Of a stretch of 64,000 nucleotides of DNA, positions 50,667 to 62,701 are shown one piece after another. The notes beneath the pieces were generated by a model. It did no database searches and was not told the DNA's origin. It saw only the letters and a program-made list of their open reading frames with translations. The position numbers and the translations under genes are program-made. The DNA lies in contig JBBDIL010000027.1 in assembly GCA_040880425.1 (NCBI GenBank), positions 39,575 to 103,574 of the forward strand. Direction: 5' to 3'. Source of the DNA: Burkholderiales bacterium (GTDB lineage: Bacteria > Pseudomonadota > Gammaproteobacteria > Burkholderiales > Eutrophovitaceae). Each line of letters begins with the position of its first letter. Positions within the stretch are counted from its first letter, which is position 1.

Positions 50667-51239
50667 ATGCTGAAAGTGTCTCTGGTACTGGCTACAAGCC
50701 TTGCCGTGCTTGCCGCGCCTTCCGCGGCAGAACCGCTGGTGCGCATGAGCACCAGCTACTACTACATCGAGGGCGGATCGGCGCTCATTCTGACGGAGCA
50801 GATCAGAAAAAAGGGGCCGGTCGGAATCGATGGAAAGCGCCATGCGTCCCGCACCAGGTGGAATGTGCAGTGGAAGTTCCGTCATAACGTGCGCGACGAC
50901 AAATGCCAGATGGACGACGCGACCGTCGCGGTCGGCATCAATGCCACCCGGCCGCGCTGGCGCGGGGAAAAGACCGGCCCCGCTTCGCTGAAGCGCAGAT
51001 GGAAGCAGATGATTGAAGCCATCGAGCGTGGTGAAGAGCATCACAAGCAACAGGCAACGCTCGCAGGCAACCAGATCCTGGCGGCGCTGGAGGCGATGCC
51101 GCCGGCCAGGAACTGCCAGGTGCTGATCGAGACGGCGAACCGGACGGCAAACGGAATCCTGGAGAAGTACCAGGCGGCTTCCGAAGCGTACGACCGCAGA
51201 ACCGAGCACGGCCGCAAGGACGGCGCGTCGCTGATCTAG
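50667..51239 (+). CDS. Secreted DUF922-like protein (predicted Zn-peptidase-like)
   Basis: Signal peptide MLKVSLVLATSLAVLAAPSAA. The pattern YYYIEG...L...GP...T.W.V.W.F....C......V.V.I..T.P.W is recalled from DUF922/COG5661. The metal motif is atypical (EEHH). Confidence 0.5.
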   Translation: MLKVSLVLATSLAVLAAPSAAEPLVRMSTSYYYIEGGSALILTEQIRKKGPVGIDGKRHASRTRWNVQWKFRHNVRDDKCQMDDATVAVGINATRPRWRGEKTGPASLKRRWKQMIEAIERGEEHHKQQATLAGNQILAALEAMPPARNCQVLIETANRTANGILEKYQAASEAYDRRTEHGRKDGASLI

Positions 51240-51274
51240 CCGTCTGCGCGCGTCGTCCTTCCCCGTCCCGGCGC

Positions 51275-52378
51275 TTACGCGCGCGCACCCATGGCGAGGG
51301 CGCGGCTGCGGCTGGCCTGCGCTTCGCGTTCGGCTGCGGACCTGTCGTAATCGGTGGCTGCCCAGCCCTGCAGGTTCTCGGCGGCGATGCGGGCGAGGGC
51401 CCTGATCCATTCGTCGCGTTCGTTCAGGCAAGGAATGTAATGGAACTCGCGCCCGCCAGCAGCCAGGAAGGCGGTCTTGTTCTCGATTGCGATCTCCTCC
51501 AGCGTTTCCAGGCAATCCGCGACGAAACCCGGACAAACGACATCCACGCGGCCGAGCTTCTGCTTTCCGAGTTTCTCCATCAGGTCGATCGTGTAGGGCT
51601 TGAGCCACTCCGTGCGGCCGAACCGTGACTGGAAGCTGACGACATAGGCGTCGGGCTTCAGGCCAAGCTCTTCCGCCAGCAGCCGCCCGGTCTTCTGGCA
51701 TTCGCAGTGGTAAGGGTCGCCCTTGTCCAGGGTGAAACGGGGTACGCCATGGAAGCTCATCACCAGTTTTCCGGGCCGGCCGTTTGCCATCCAGTATTCG
51801 TTTACCTGTTTTGCCAGTGCGGCGATGTACGCCGGATGGTCGTGATAGTGCTTTACCGTTCGCAATGCAGGCGCGTTGCGCATTCTGCCGACCGTGCGAA
51901 ACACCACGTCAAATGCGCTCGCCGTCGTGCTCGAGGAGTACTGCGGATACAGCGGCAGCACCAGAATCCGGTCGCAGCCCGCGTTGCGCAGATCCTCGAT
52001 TCCGGTCTCGATGGAGGGCTCTCCATAACGCATCGCCCACGCCAGTGCGATCGGCGTGCGCACGCGTTCGCCGAGATAGCCGCGCAGCAGGGTCGCCTGC
52101 TTTTCCGTGTGCACTCGAAGCGGCGAGCCTTCCTTGGTCCAGATCGCCGCGTATTTCTCCGCGGATCTGGCGGGGCGTGAACGCAGAATGAATCCGTGCA
52201 GGATCAGCCACCAAATCGGCCGCGGGATCTCCACCACCCGCGGATCCGACAGAAACTGCTTGAGGTAGCGGCGCAGGGCCTTGGGCGTCGGCGCCGACGG
52301 CGTGCCGAGATTGACGATCAGGACTCCGGTCCTGGCCGGAGATCCGTGCTTGTACTTTGGTTCGGGCAGATAGCGCAT
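51275..52378 (-). CDS. hemH: Ferrochelatase
   Basis: 367 aa with [15 protein letters not shown] and SFHG.P. Confidence 0.96.
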   Translation of the reverse strand: MRYLPEPKYKHGSPARTGVLIVNLGTPSAPTPKALRRYLKQFLSDPRVVEIPRPIWWLILHGFILRSRPARSAEKYAAIWTKEGSPLRVHTEKQATLLRGYLGERVRTPIALAWAMRYGEPSIETGIEDLRNAGCDRILVLPLYPQYSSSTTASAFDVVFRTVGRMRNAPALRTVKHYHDHPAYIAALAKQVNEYWMANGRPGKLVMSFHGVPRFTLDKGDPYHCECQKTGRLLAEELGLKPDAYVVSFQSRFGRTEWLKPYTIDLMEKLGKQKLGRVDVVCPGFVADCLETLEEIAIENKTAFLAAGGREFHYIPCLNERDEWIRALARIAAENLQGWAATDYDRSAAEREAQASRSRALAMGARA

Positions 52379-52436
52379 GGGTGTCGGGTCCGGGACAGGG
52401 AAAACGGGGCGTCGGGGCCGCGGTGCCCCGCACGCT

Positions 52437-53456
52437 TCAATTGTGCGAGAACGCGCTGGAAAGCAGTCGCGCGGTGATGTCCACGATCGGAATCACGCGC
52501 TCGTAAGCCATCCGGGTCGGGCCGATCACGCCGACCGTGCCGACCACCTGGCCATCGACTTTGTACGGTGCGGTGACGATGCTGCACTCATCGAGCGGCA
52601 CCAGCCCGGATTCGCCACCGATAAAAATCTGCACGCCCTGCGCATGGCTGCTCACGTCGAGCAGCTGCAGCAGGCTGGTTTTCTGCTCGAACATTTCGAA
52701 CAGCCGGCGCAGGCTTTGCATGTTTGACGACAGGTCCTGTACGTGCAGCAGGTTGCCCTCACCCGAAAGTACGTAGGCTCCCGCATTCTCGGTCACCGCC
52801 TCGCTGCCGGCTTCCAGCGCCCGGGTCATCAGCTGCATCATGTCCTCGCGCAGCTGCTTCAGCTCCTGCTGAACACGTGCCTTGATCTCCTCGAAAGTCA
52901 GGCCGGCGTAATGCCGGTTGAGAAAATTGGCGGCTTCGACCAGCTCGGACGGCGAGAAAGCGCGGTCCGACAGCAGTATCCGGTTCTGTACGTCTCCCTC
53001 GGGGGTGACGATGATCAGCAGGATCCGCTTCTCGGACAAGGTGACGAACTCGATATGGCGGAAGGCCGCCACGCGCCGCTTGGGCGTCATCACGACGCCG
53101 GCGAACCGGGTGAGGTCGGAAAGCACGTGCGAGGCGGATGCCACCAGTTTCTGCGTACTGTCCGTCTTCAGCTGTTCTTCGAGCTGATCGATCTCGACCT
53201 GGTCCAGCGGGCGCACGGTCAGCAGCGTATCGACGAAGAAGCGATAACCGCGCGGGGTGGGAATGCGGCCCGCAGACGTGTGTGGGCTGGCGATAAACCC
53301 CATCTCCTCGAGGTCGGACATGATGTTGCGGATGGTCGCAGGGCTCAGGTCCAGGCCGGAGAAGCGCGCGAGCGCGCGCGAACCGACCGGTTGGCCGTCG
53401 GTTATGTACCGCTCCACCAGTGTCTTCAGCAGGATTCTTGCGCGATCGCTCAGCAT
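52437..53456 (-). CDS. hrcA: Heat-inducible transcription repressor HrcA
   Basis: 339 aa with an N-terminal wHTH ([21 protein letters not shown]) and the HrcA C-domain. Confidence 0.95.
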   Translation of the reverse strand: MLSDRARILLKTLVERYITDGQPVGSRALARFSGLDLSPATIRNIMSDLEEMGFIASPHTSAGRIPTPRGYRFFVDTLLTVRPLDQVEIDQLEEQLKTDSTQKLVASASHVLSDLTRFAGVVMTPKRRVAAFRHIEFVTLSEKRILLIIVTPEGDVQNRILLSDRAFSPSELVEAANFLNRHYAGLTFEEIKARVQQELKQLREDMMQLMTRALEAGSEAVTENAGAYVLSGEGNLLHVQDLSSNMQSLRRLFEMFEQKTSLLQLLDVSSHAQGVQIFIGGESGLVPLDECSIVTAPYKVDGQVVGTVGVIGPTRMAYERVIPIVDITARLLSSAFSHN

Positions 53457-53557
53457 GCATCCAATTCTACAAAGCTTTTGGCGGCAGCAGGCAGGTACTT
53501 GCTGCGGGCCGGGAACATGGCGCCGCTGCAGAGGAAATATGTTCTAATTCCCGGCGC

Positions 53558-54427
53558 ATGCAGCCATTCAAACTCATAGCCCTGATCGGGAAATACAAAA
53601 GCCCGGAGATCGCGGCGCCCCTGCTTGAACTCGCCTCTTACCTGGAGACGCGCGGCGTGCGGGTCGTGCTGGATCCGCTCACTGCCGCCTACGTCACCAG
53701 AAACAGCTACACGGTCCAGCCGCTCGAGGAAATAGGCAAAACGGCAGACCTTGCCATTGTCATCGGCGGCGATGGCACCATGCTCAACATCGCGCGAACC
53801 TTCGCTCCGTACGATGTTGCACTGGTCGGTGTCAATCAGGGCCGCCTCGGCTTCCTGACCGATCTTTCCATGGAGACCATGCTGGACACCATCGGTTCCA
53901 TGCTGGACGGCAACTTCGTGACCGAACCGCGGATGCTGCTGCAGGCCGAAGTCATGCGCGGGGAGGAACGCGTCAAGGAAGTCCTCGCCTTCAACGACGT
54001 ATCGATCAACAAGGGCGCGGACGGCGGCCTGATCGAAATAGAAGTGCATATCGACGGGCAGTTCGTCTACAACCTGCGCTCCGACGGATTGATCGTCGCC
54101 ACGCCCACGGGTTCCACCGCGTATGCGCTGTCCTCCGGCGGACCGATCCTGCACCCGAGCCTCAACCTGCTGTCTCTGGTGCCGGTGTGTCCGCACACGC
54201 TTTCGAACCGGCCGGTGGTGGTCAGCTCGGAATCGGTGATCGAGATCACCCTGCACAAGGCTGGGGACGCACGTGCGCATTTCGACAGCCACTCCCACTC
54301 CGAACTGAAGGAGAACGACAAGCTGGTGGTGCGCCGCTGCGCGCATCCGATTCGCCTGCTGCATCCCCTGGGGCACAACTACTACCATATGCTCCGGGAG
54401 AAGCTGCATTGGAGCGAAACGCTCTGA
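53558..54427 (+). CDS. nadK: NAD kinase
   Basis: Starts MQPFKLIALIGK. Also GGDGTML and the ATPTGSTAYALSSGGPI motif. Confidence 0.93.
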   Translation: MQPFKLIALIGKYKSPEIAAPLLELASYLETRGVRVVLDPLTAAYVTRNSYTVQPLEEIGKTADLAIVIGGDGTMLNIARTFAPYDVALVGVNQGRLGFLTDLSMETMLDTIGSMLDGNFVTEPRMLLQAEVMRGEERVKEVLAFNDVSINKGADGGLIEIEVHIDGQFVYNLRSDGLIVATPTGSTAYALSSGGPILHPSLNLLSLVPVCPHTLSNRPVVVSSESVIEITLHKAGDARAHFDSHSHSELKENDKLVVRRCAHPIRLLHPLGHNYYHMLREKLHWSETL

Positions 54428-54484
54428 GAACCGTCGCGTCAACCGGCGCAACTGCAGCACATCGAATTCCGAAACCATGCACTG

Positions 54485-56161
54485 ATGCTGCGTAGCCTGT
54501 CCATCAAGGATTTTGTGATCGTCGACCGGCTCGAGCTCGAGTTTCAGGCCGGCTTCACCGTGCTGACCGGCGAAACCGGCGCCGGCAAGTCGATACTGAT
54601 CGATGCGCTGTCGGTGGTGCTGGGCGAGCGCGCGGAGTCGGGCCTTGTCCGCGAAGGTTGCGACAAGGCCGAAGTGGGCGCCGAGTTCGCGCTGGAAGAC
54701 TGCCCCGGCGTGCGCGCACTGCTGGAACAGAACGATCTGGCCGAGGGCGACGTTTGCCTGCTTCGCCGCGTCATCGACGCCACCGGGCGTTCCCGCGCAT
54801 ACGTGAACGGCCGGGCGGCGACCATCCAGCAGCTGCGCGAGATCGGCGCTTTTCTGGTGGACATCCACGGACAGCATGAACACCAGTCGCTGCTGCGTCC
54901 CGCCGCGCAACGCGAGCTGCTCGACGGCTACGCAGGTGCGCGGGAGCAGGTGACAGCGGTGGCGCGCGCCTGGCGCGACTGGCAGGCGGCGAACAGGGCG
55001 AAGCTCGCGGCCGAGCAGGATGCGGCCGCAATCGCGCGCGAAAAGGAAGAGCTGGCGTGGCAGGTCAGGGACCTGGAGGCACTGGGATTTCGCGCCGACG
55101 AGTGGGGTGAATTGCTCGCCGAGCACAAGCGGCTGGCGAACGCAGCTACCCTGATCGAGACAGCCCAGTACGCCCTGCAGACACTTTCCGAAGACGACAT
55201 GTCGGTGCTCTCCGCGGTCGCTTCCGTGCTGTCGCGCATCCAATCTCAGACTGACTACGATCCGCGCTTGCGCGAAGTCCTGGACTTGCTCGATCCGGCG
55301 CAGATCCAGCTGCAGGAAACGGTCTACGCCTTGCGCGACTACGTACAACGTCTCGAACTGGATCCGCAGCGCATGCGCGACGTCGAAGCCCGTCTGGACG
55401 CCGTGCATACGGCAGCCAGGAAGTTCCGGACGACGCCCGAGGCGCTGCCCGATCTGCTGCAGCAGGCGACAGCGCGCTTGTCGGAACTCGATGCCGCGCG
55501 CGACCCCGCGGCCCTGGCCAGGCGCGAACAGGAGGCGCGCAGCGCCTATGAAGCGGCCGCCGCGTTGCTTTCGGCCTCACGCAGGAAAGCGGCGAAAAGC
55601 CTTTCGCGCAAGGTGAGCGAAGCGATGCAAACACTGGCGATGGCCGGCAGCCGTTTCGAGGTGGCGCTGAATGCGCTGGAAGAGGGCGCCGGCTACGGCA
55701 TGGAACAGGTCGAGTTTCTCGTTGCCGGCCACGCCGGCACCAGCGCGCGCGCACTGGCCAAGGTTGCCTCCGGCGGAGAGTTGTCCCGCATCTCGCTCGC
55801 GCTTCAGACAGTGACCACGGAAGTCGCGCAGATGCCGACGCTGATATTCGACGAGGTGGATGCCGGAATCGGGGGGCGCGTGGCGGAGATCGTCGGCCGC
55901 ATGCTGAAGGGGCTCGGACGCAGGCACCAGGTCATGTGTGTGACGCACTTGCCGCAGGTCGCGGCTGCCGCCGATCACCAGTGGCAGGTGGCAAAGCGGG
56001 CGGAGGAAAACAAGGTGTTCAGCAGTGTCGCGGTGCTGGATGACAGGGCGCGCGTCGAGGAAGTCGCGCGCATGCTCGGCGGTGTGACCATCACCGAGAC
56101 CACGCGCAAGCACGCGGCTGAAATGCTCGCGGGAGGAAACAGCACCTCGCGGGCGCGCTGA
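54485..56161 (+). CDS. recN: DNA repair protein RecN
   Basis: 558 aa with Walker A GETGAGKS, coiled coils, the SMC-type signature SGGELSR, and FDEVDAG. Confidence 0.96.
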   Translation: MLRSLSIKDFVIVDRLELEFQAGFTVLTGETGAGKSILIDALSVVLGERAESGLVREGCDKAEVGAEFALEDCPGVRALLEQNDLAEGDVCLLRRVIDATGRSRAYVNGRAATIQQLREIGAFLVDIHGQHEHQSLLRPAAQRELLDGYAGAREQVTAVARAWRDWQAANRAKLAAEQDAAAIAREKEELAWQVRDLEALGFRADEWGELLAEHKRLANAATLIETAQYALQTLSEDDMSVLSAVASVLSRIQSQTDYDPRLREVLDLLDPAQIQLQETVYALRDYVQRLELDPQRMRDVEARLDAVHTAARKFRTTPEALPDLLQQATARLSELDAARDPAALARREQEARSAYEAAAALLSASRRKAAKSLSRKVSEAMQTLAMAGSRFEVALNALEEGAGYGMEQVEFLVAGHAGTSARALAKVASGGELSRISLALQTVTTEVAQMPTLIFDEVDAGIGGRVAEIVGRMLKGLGRRHQVMCVTHLPQVAAAADHQWQVAKRAEENKVFSSVAVLDDRARVEEVARMLGGVTITETTRKHAAEMLAGGNSTSRAR

Positions 56162-56174
56162 TGCCCGCGTGTGG

Positions 56175-56609
56175 CTACTCGCCGCCCTGGCGGTGTTTGC
56201 AGTCGGGCCTTACGCAGTCGGCGTAGATCTGCAGGGAATGCTCGTGAATATTGAAGCCGCGATCCTTGGCGACCTTGACCTGGCGGCGCTCGATCTCGGC
56301 ATCGTAGAATTCTTCGACATGTCCGCACTGGATGCACACGAGGTGGTCGTGATGCCCGCCTTCGTTCAACTCGAATACCGCTTTGCCGCTTTCGAAGTGA
56401 TGGCGAACCAGCAGTCCCGCCTGCTCGAACTGGGTGAGCACCCGATAGATCGTGGCAAGGCCGATCTCCATCCCCTCCGTCATCAGAACCTTGTAGACGT
56501 CCTCTGCGGTGAGGTGTCGCTCATCGCTGTTCTCGAAAAGGTTGAGGATCTTGAGCCGCGGCAGCGTTGCCTTCAGCCCGATGCTCTTGAGGTCTTGAGG
56601 CGTGCTCAT
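56175..56609 (-). CDS. fur: Ferric uptake regulator
   Basis: Starts MSTPQDLK...[12 protein letters not shown]. Also HHDHLVC..CG and CxxxxC. ATG 56609 is preferred to the track start 56648. Confidence 0.93.
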   Translation of the reverse strand: MSTPQDLKSIGLKATLPRLKILNLFENSDERHLTAEDVYKVLMTEGMEIGLATIYRVLTQFEQAGLLVRHHFESGKAVFELNEGGHHDHLVCIQCGHVEEFYDAEIERRQVKVAKDRGFNIHEHSLQIYADCVRPDCKHRQGGE

Positions 56610-56635
56610 TGCAGAAGACTGACATCGCGAATTGG

Positions 56636-56653
56636 GAACGATTATCATATCGG
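56636..56653. promoter_or_regulatory. Candidate Fur box in the fur/bamE divergent region
   Basis: The - strand reads ccGATATGATAATCGTTc. The core TGATAATCGTT matches the Fur-box core TGATAATCATT at 10 of 11 positions. It lies 27-44 nt upstream of the fur ATG. Confidence 0.4.
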
Positions 56654-56711
56654 CTTTGTTTCTCCTTGGAAACCGCGCTGACTCCGCGGTTTTACGTTTC
56701 CGGTGTCACTT

Positions 56712-57062
56712 ATGAACAGAACGATTTCGTTTTTGCTTCCCTTGCTGCTGGCCGGTTGCTTTCTGGTTCCACACAAGATCGAGATGCAGCAGGGCAACTA
56801 TGTGGACCAGGAAATGGTTTCCAAACTTCGTCCGGGCATGTCGCGATCCCAGGTGCGCTTCATTCTCGGCACGCCATTGATTTCGGACCCGTTCCATCCA
56901 GACCGCTGGGACTATGTTTACCTGACGGGCAGGGCTGGCGACGTCGAACGCGAGCGTGCGCTGACCGTCATCTTCGAGGGCGACAGCCTGGCCCGCGTCG
57001 AAGGCGACGTGGTGCCCGGAGACAATGTTTCGCAGGCGCAATCCGGTGCCGGACCGCGCTGA
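56712..57062 (+). CDS. bamE: Outer membrane protein assembly factor BamE (lipoprotein)
   Basis: Lipobox LLLAGC, then QQGNYVDQEMVSKLRPGMSRSQVRFILGTP (SmpA/OmlA). The start may be GTG 56703 instead. Confidence 0.85.
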   Translation: MNRTISFLLPLLLAGCFLVPHKIEMQQGNYVDQEMVSKLRPGMSRSQVRFILGTPLISDPFHPDRWDYVYLTGRAGDVERERALTVIFEGDSLARVEGDVVPGDNVSQAQSGAGPR

Positions 57063-57082
57063 TCGCAGAATGCGCACGATGA

Positions 57083-57898
<816 letters not shown>

Positions 57899-57987
57899 TG
57901 CCGAGTTCCGAGCATAACAGTCTGTTAAATATGAAGGATCGTGGAGGCGCGCACCGGCGGAGCGGTGGCCGGGGGAATCGGGCGGCG

Positions 57988-58017
57988 TTGCTGTAAACGG
58001 CGATCGGCCGCTATAAT
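57988..58017 (+). promoter_or_regulatory. Candidate sigma70 promoter for carAB (TTGCTG-18 nt-TATAAT)
   Basis: TTGCTG at 57988-93 and TATAAT at 58012-17. Confidence 0.3.
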
Positions 58018-58031
58018 TCGAAAAGTTACGA

Positions 58032-58057
58032 AGCGGGAGGGGTTCGCCCCTCCCGCT
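58032..58057 (+). promoter_or_regulatory. carA leader hairpin (perfect 11-bp GC-rich stem, UUCG loop)
   Basis: agcgggagggg-ttcg-cccctcccgct, followed by ttcc. It begins ~15 nt after the TATAAT. Confidence 0.45.
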
Positions 58058-58097
58058 TTCCATGTGTAGTCCGCAAATCCGCTCTCCGGGAGTTTTC

Positions 58098-59243
58098 GTG
58101 TCCGTGCCGAACCAGAAACCAGCTGTCCTAGTGCTTGCGGACGGTACGGTTTTCCGGGGCACCTCCATCGGCGCCGAAACCCATACCAGCGGTGAGGTGG
58201 TGTTCAACACGGCGATGACCGGATACCAGGAGATCCTCACCGATCCTTCGTACTCCCGGCAGATCGTGACCCTGACGTACCCGCACATCGGCAACACCGG
58301 CGTGAACGACGAGGACGTCGAGTCCGGCCAGGTGCATGCCGCCGGGCTGGTGATCCGCGACCTGCCGATGCTGCCGAGCAATTTCCGCATGGGCACCGGC
58401 TTGCGCGATTACCTTCACGCACAGGGCATTCCCGCGATCGCCGGGATCGATACCCGCAAGCTCACCCGCATCCTGCGCGAGAAGGGTGCGCAGAACGGAT
58501 GCCTGATGGCGGGCGAAGTCGACGAGGCCTTCGCGCTTGAACAGGCGCGTGCCTTCCCGGGGCTGGCCGGAATGGATCTGGCCCGGGTCGTGACCTGTGA
58601 CAAGGGCTACGAGTGGAACGAGACCGAATGGGCGCTCGGTAAAGGATACGGCGAAAGCAGCGAGAGCCGGCATCACGTCGTGGCATACGACTTCGGCGTG
58701 AAGCGCAACATCCTGCGATTGCTTGCGTCGCGCAGCTGCCGCATCAGCGTGGTGCCGGCACAGACCGCGGCGAAAGACGTGATGGCGATGAAGCCGGATG
58801 GCATATTCCTGTCCAACGGCCCGGGCGATCCGGAGCCCTGCGACTACGCCATCGACGCGATCCGCAGTTTCCTCGATGCAGGTATTCCGCTGTTCGGCAT
58901 CTGCCTGGGGCATCAGTTGCTCGGCCTGGCGAGCGGCGCCCGCACCGTCAAGATGAAGTTCGGGCATCACGGCGCCAACCATCCGGTGCAGGATCTGGAC
59001 AGCGGGCGGGTAATGATCACCAGCCAGAACCACGGCTTCGCGGTGGACGCCGCGTCACTGCCGCAGAACGTGCGCGTGACACACGTGTCGCTGTTCGACG
59101 GCAGCCTGCAGGGTTTTGCGCGCACCGACCGCCCGGCCTTCTGCTTCCAGGGACACCCGGAGGCGAGCCCCGGCCCGCACGACGTCAGATACCTGTTCGA
59201 CCGCTTCGTGAAGATGGTCGAGGAAAACAAAGCGCACCGATAA
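58098..59243 (+). CDS. carA: Carbamoyl-phosphate synthase small (glutaminase) subunit
   Basis: [14 protein letters not shown] and the GATase triad region GICLGHQ. GTG 58098 has GGGAG 5 nt upstream. The start is uncertain (the track gives 58062). Confidence 0.94.
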   Translation: MSVPNQKPAVLVLADGTVFRGTSIGAETHTSGEVVFNTAMTGYQEILTDPSYSRQIVTLTYPHIGNTGVNDEDVESGQVHAAGLVIRDLPMLPSNFRMGTGLRDYLHAQGIPAIAGIDTRKLTRILREKGAQNGCLMAGEVDEAFALEQARAFPGLAGMDLARVVTCDKGYEWNETEWALGKGYGESSESRHHVVAYDFGVKRNILRLLASRSCRISVVPAQTAAKDVMAMKPDGIFLSNGPGDPEPCDYAIDAIRSFLDAGIPLFGICLGHQLLGLASGARTVKMKFGHHGANHPVQDLDSGRVMITSQNHGFAVDAASLPQNVRVTHVSLFDGSLQGFARTDRPAFCFQGHPEASPGPHDVRYLFDRFVKMVEENKAHR

Positions 59244-59255
59244 CGGCGAGCTGCC

Positions 59256-59380
59256 GAGACACAGAGTCGCAGAGAAAAATACAGCACCAGATGACAGAGC
59301 CAACTTGCCGTCCCACAGCGGTCCCCGGAACACCTTCGGATTCTTCGTTGCAGGTGCTTTTCTGTGTGCCTCCGTGTCTC
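59256..59380. repeat. Intercistronic inverted repeat, element G (GAGACAC/GCAGAG-type arms) inside carA-carB
   Basis: Left arm is gagacacagagtcgcagagaaaaatacagcacc. The reverse complement of the right arm is gagacacggaggcacacagaaaagcacc. Spacer is ~64 nt. Confidence 0.8.
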
Positions 59381-59395
59381 CGTGGTTGATTCGAA

Positions 59396-62300
59396 ATGCC
59401 GAAACGCACTGACATCCGTTCCGTTCTGATCATTGGCGCCGGGCCGATCGTGATCGGCCAGGCCTGCGAGTTTGACTACTCCGGTGCGCAGGCCTGCAAG
59501 GCGCTGCGCGAGGAGGGTTACCGCGTCATTCTGGTGAATTCTAATCCGGCGACGATCATGACGGACCCGGAAATGGCCGATGTCACTTACATCGAGCCGA
59601 TCACATGGCAGATGCTGGAAAAGGTGATCGAGGCCGAGCGCCCCGATGCGCTGTTGCCGACCATGGGCGGGCAGACCGCGCTCAACTGCGCGCTCGATCT
59701 GGCCAGGCAGGGCGTGCTGGAAAAGCACAGCGTGGAAATGATCGGCGCATCGAAGGACGCGATCGACAAGGCAGAGGACCGCGAGAAATTCAAGGTGGCG
59801 ATGACGCGGATCGGCCTGCAGTCGCCGCGCTCGTCGATTGCGCACAGCCTGGAAGAGGCGTTGCAGGTGCAGGCGGCAATCGGTTTCCCGACCATCATCC
59901 GCCCGTCTTTCACGCTCGGCGGCGCCGGGGGCGGTATCGCCTACAACAAGGAGGAATTCCTGGCGATTTGCGAGCGCGGGCTGGACGCCTCGCCGACCAA
60001 GGAACTGCTGATCGAGGAGTCGCTGATCGGCTGGAAAGAATTCGAAATGGAGGTGGTGCGCGACCGCAGTGACAACTGCATCATCATCTGCTCGATCGAG
60101 AACCTGGACCCGATGGGCGTGCATACCGGCGACTCGATCACGGTCGCGCCTTCGCAGACGCTCACCGACAAGGAATACCAGATCCTGCGCAATGCCTCGA
60201 TTGCCGTGCTGCGCGAGATCGGCGTCGACACCGGCGGATCGAACGTGCAGTTCGCGATCAACCCGCAGGACGGGCGCATGGTCGTGATCGAGATGAATCC
60301 GCGGGTCTCGCGCTCGTCCGCGCTCGCTTCCAAGGCGACCGGATTCCCGATCGCCAAGGTCGCTGCCAAGTTGGCGGTGGGCTACACGCTGGACGAACTG
60401 AAGAACGACATCACCGGTGGCGCCACTCCAGCGTCCTTCGAGCCGACCATCGACTACGTGGTGACCAAGATCCCGCGGTTTGCCTTTGAAAAGTTTCCGC
60501 AGGCGGATTCGCACCTGACCACGCAGATGAAGTCGGTCGGCGAGGTGATGGCGATGGGGCGCACTTTCCAGGAATCGATGCAGAAGGCATTGCGTGGTCT
60601 GGAAACCGGGATCGATGGATTCGACGAGAAGAGCGCGGATCGCGAAGTGATCGAGAACGAACTCGCCGAGCCAGGGCCGGATCGCGTGCTTTTCGTGGCG
60701 GACGCATTCCGCGCGGGCATGACCACGGACGAAGTGCATGTCCTGACGCGAATCGATCCGTGGTTCCTCGCGCAGATCGAAGATATCGTGCGCGAGGAAC
60801 TGGCTCTCGCCGGCCGGCGCATCGGCGAACTCGACCGCGACGCGTTGCTGGCGCTGAAGCGCAAGGGGTTCTCTGACCGCAGGCTGGCGAAACTGCTCGG
60901 CGTCACTCAGGATGCGGTGCGCGCCAGGCGCTGGGAACTGGGCTTGCGCCCGGTTTACAAGCGCGTCGACACCTGTGCCGCGGAGTTCGACACGCGCACC
61001 GCTTACATGTACTCGACTTACGAGGAGGAATGCGAAGCGCGGGCCACCGATCGCAGGAAAATCATGGTGCTCGGCGGCGGTCCGAACCGTATCGGTCAGG
61101 GTATCGAGTTCGATTACTGCTGCGTGCACGCGGCGCTCGCCCTGCGCGAAGACGGGTTCGAGACCATCATGGTCAACTGCAATCCGGAGACGGTATCCAC
61201 CGATTACGACACTTCGGACCGGTTGTACTTCGAACCATTGACGCTGGAAGACGTGCTGGAGATCGTGCAGCTGGAAAAGCCGTTCGGCGTCATCGTGCAG
61301 TTCGGCGGGCAGACGCCGCTGAAGCTGGCCCGCGATCTGGAAGCTGCCGGCGTGCCGATCATCGGCACTAGCCCGGACATGATCGACTGCGCGGAAGATC
61401 GCGAACGTTTTCAGGGCATGCTGAACAAGCTCGGGCTGAAGCAGCCGCCGAACCGCACGGCCCGCAACCCGGAAGCGGCGTTGGCGCTGGCGGAGGAGAT
61501 CGGCTACCCGCTGGTGGTGCGGCCTTCCTACGTGCTCGGCGGAAGGGCGATGGAGATCGTGCATCAGCAGTCCGACCTCGAGCGCTACATGCGCGAGGCG
61601 GTGAAAGTCAGCAACGACAGCCCGGTGCTGCTCGACCGCTTCCTGAACGACGCCATCGAAGTCGACGTCGACGCGGTTTCCGACGGCGAAACCGTTCTGA
61701 TCGGCGGCATCATGGAACATATCGAGCAGGCCGGAGTGCATTCCGGCGACTCGGCCTGCTCGCTGCCGCCGTTCAGTCTGTCCGCATCGATGCAGGATGA
61801 GCTGCGCCGGCAGACGGTAGCCATGGCAAAGGCGCTGAACGTGATCGGCCTGATGAACGTGCAGTTTGCCATCCAGGATGGCACGGTCTACGTGCTCGAG
61901 GTGAACCCGCGCGCGTCGCGCACGGTCCCGTATGTTTCAAAGGCGACCGGTCTGCCGCTGGCGAAGATTTCGGCGCGTGCCATGGCCGGCGCCAGCCTCG
62001 CGGGGCAGGGCATCGCGGGAGAAGTGGTGCCGCCTTATTATTCGGTCAAGGAGGCGGTGTTTCCTTTCATCAAGTTTCCGGGAGTCGACACCATTCTCGG
62101 GCCGGAGATGAAATCGACCGGTGAGGTGATGGGGGTCGGCGATACGTTCGCAGAGGCGTTCCTGAAGTCGCAGCTTGCCGCAGGCGTGCGCCTGCCGGCT
62201 TCCGGGAAAGTGTTCATCAGCGTGAGAAATTCCGACAAGGCGCGGGTGACGGATATCGCCCGCACGCTCGAGCAGCTCGGATTCGAGCTGCTCGCGACGC

Positions 62301-62602
62301 GCGGCACCGCGGCCGCGCTGAGCGAATCCGGCCTGCGCGTCACACCGGTAAACAAGGTGGCTGAAGGCCGCCCGCATGTGGTGGACATGATCAAAAACGG
62401 GGAGGTGGTGCTGATCATCAACACGGTCGAGGACCGGCGCACTGCGATCCAGGACTCCTACTCGATCCGCCGTTCAGCCTTGCAGGGCCGCATTACGTAC
62501 TACACGACGCTGGCTGGCGCGCGTGCAGCCTGCACCGGCATGCAGTACATGCAGGCATTGCGCGTGTACTCCGTACAGGCGCTGCACGCCAGAATACATT
62601 GA
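59396..62602 (+). CDS. carB: Carbamoyl-phosphate synthase large subunit
   Basis: 1068 aa with duplicated ATP-grasp halves and an MGS-like C-terminus. Confidence 0.99.
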   Translation: MPKRTDIRSVLIIGAGPIVIGQACEFDYSGAQACKALREEGYRVILVNSNPATIMTDPEMADVTYIEPITWQMLEKVIEAERPDALLPTMGGQTALNCALDLARQGVLEKHSVEMIGASKDAIDKAEDREKFKVAMTRIGLQSPRSSIAHSLEEALQVQAAIGFPTIIRPSFTLGGAGGGIAYNKEEFLAICERGLDASPTKELLIEESLIGWKEFEMEVVRDRSDNCIIICSIENLDPMGVHTGDSITVAPSQTLTDKEYQILRNASIAVLREIGVDTGGSNVQFAINPQDGRMVVIEMNPRVSRSSALASKATGFPIAKVAAKLAVGYTLDELKNDITGGATPASFEPTIDYVVTKIPRFAFEKFPQADSHLTTQMKSVGEVMAMGRTFQESMQKALRGLETGIDGFDEKSADREVIENELAEPGPDRVLFVADAFRAGMTTDEVHVLTRIDPWFLAQIEDIVREELALAGRRIGELDRDALLALKRKGFSDRRLAKLLGVTQDAVRARRWELGLRPVYKRVDTCAAEFDTRTAYMYSTYEEECEARATDRRKIMVLGGGPNRIGQGIEFDYCCVHAALALREDGFETIMVNCNPETVSTDYDTSDRLYFEPLTLEDVLEIVQLEKPFGVIVQFGGQTPLKLARDLEAAGVPIIGTSPDMIDCAEDRERFQGMLNKLGLKQPPNRTARNPEAALALAEEIGYPLVVRPSYVLGGRAMEIVHQQSDLERYMREAVKVSNDSPVLLDRFLNDAIEVDVDAVSDGETVLIGGIMEHIEQAGVHSGDSACSLPPFSLSASMQDELRRQTVAMAKALNVIGLMNVQFAIQDGTVYVLEVNPRASRTVPYVSKATGLPLAKISARAMAGASLAGQGIAGEVVPPYYSVKEAVFPFIKFPGVDTILGPEMKSTGEVMGVGDTFAEAFLKSQLAAGVRLPASGKVFISVRNSDKARVTDIARTLEQLGFELLATRGTAAALSESGLRVTPVNKVAEGRPHVVDMIKNGEVVLIINTVEDRRTAIQDSYSIRRSALQGRITYYTTLAGARAACTGMQYMQALRVYSVQALHARIH

Positions 62603-62701
62603 CCGCACAGGCGTCCGCCCGCACCGGTTGAGCGGCGCGGCGTCAGACTATTATCATCATCTCGGCTTCACGGAGCCGAAAACAGACAGGGGACCCAGCC
62701 G

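Noticed and set aside
53457-53557. CIRCE (TTAGCACTC-N9-GAGTGCTAA) upstream of hrcA, also checked upstream of grpE and dnaK
   Set aside because: No match to the inverted repeat was seen in any of the three upstream regions.
54428-54484. LexA/SOS box upstream of recN
   Set aside because: No CTGT-N8-ACAG-type palindrome was found by eye in the 57-nt upstream region. It cannot be called.
53450-55408. 652-aa ORF antisense to nadK/recN
   Set aside because: Shadow ORF. nadK and recN on the + strand carry clear motifs.
58967-61741. 924-aa ORF antisense to carA/carB
   Set aside because: Shadow ORF opposite the strongly recognisable CarB. No motifs.
62603-62701. Small hairpin (tcggct/agccga) in the carB-greA gap as terminator or GraL-like sRNA
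   Set aside because: The 6-bp stem has no downstream U-tract and no sequence I can relate to known greA leader RNAs. It is too weak to call.
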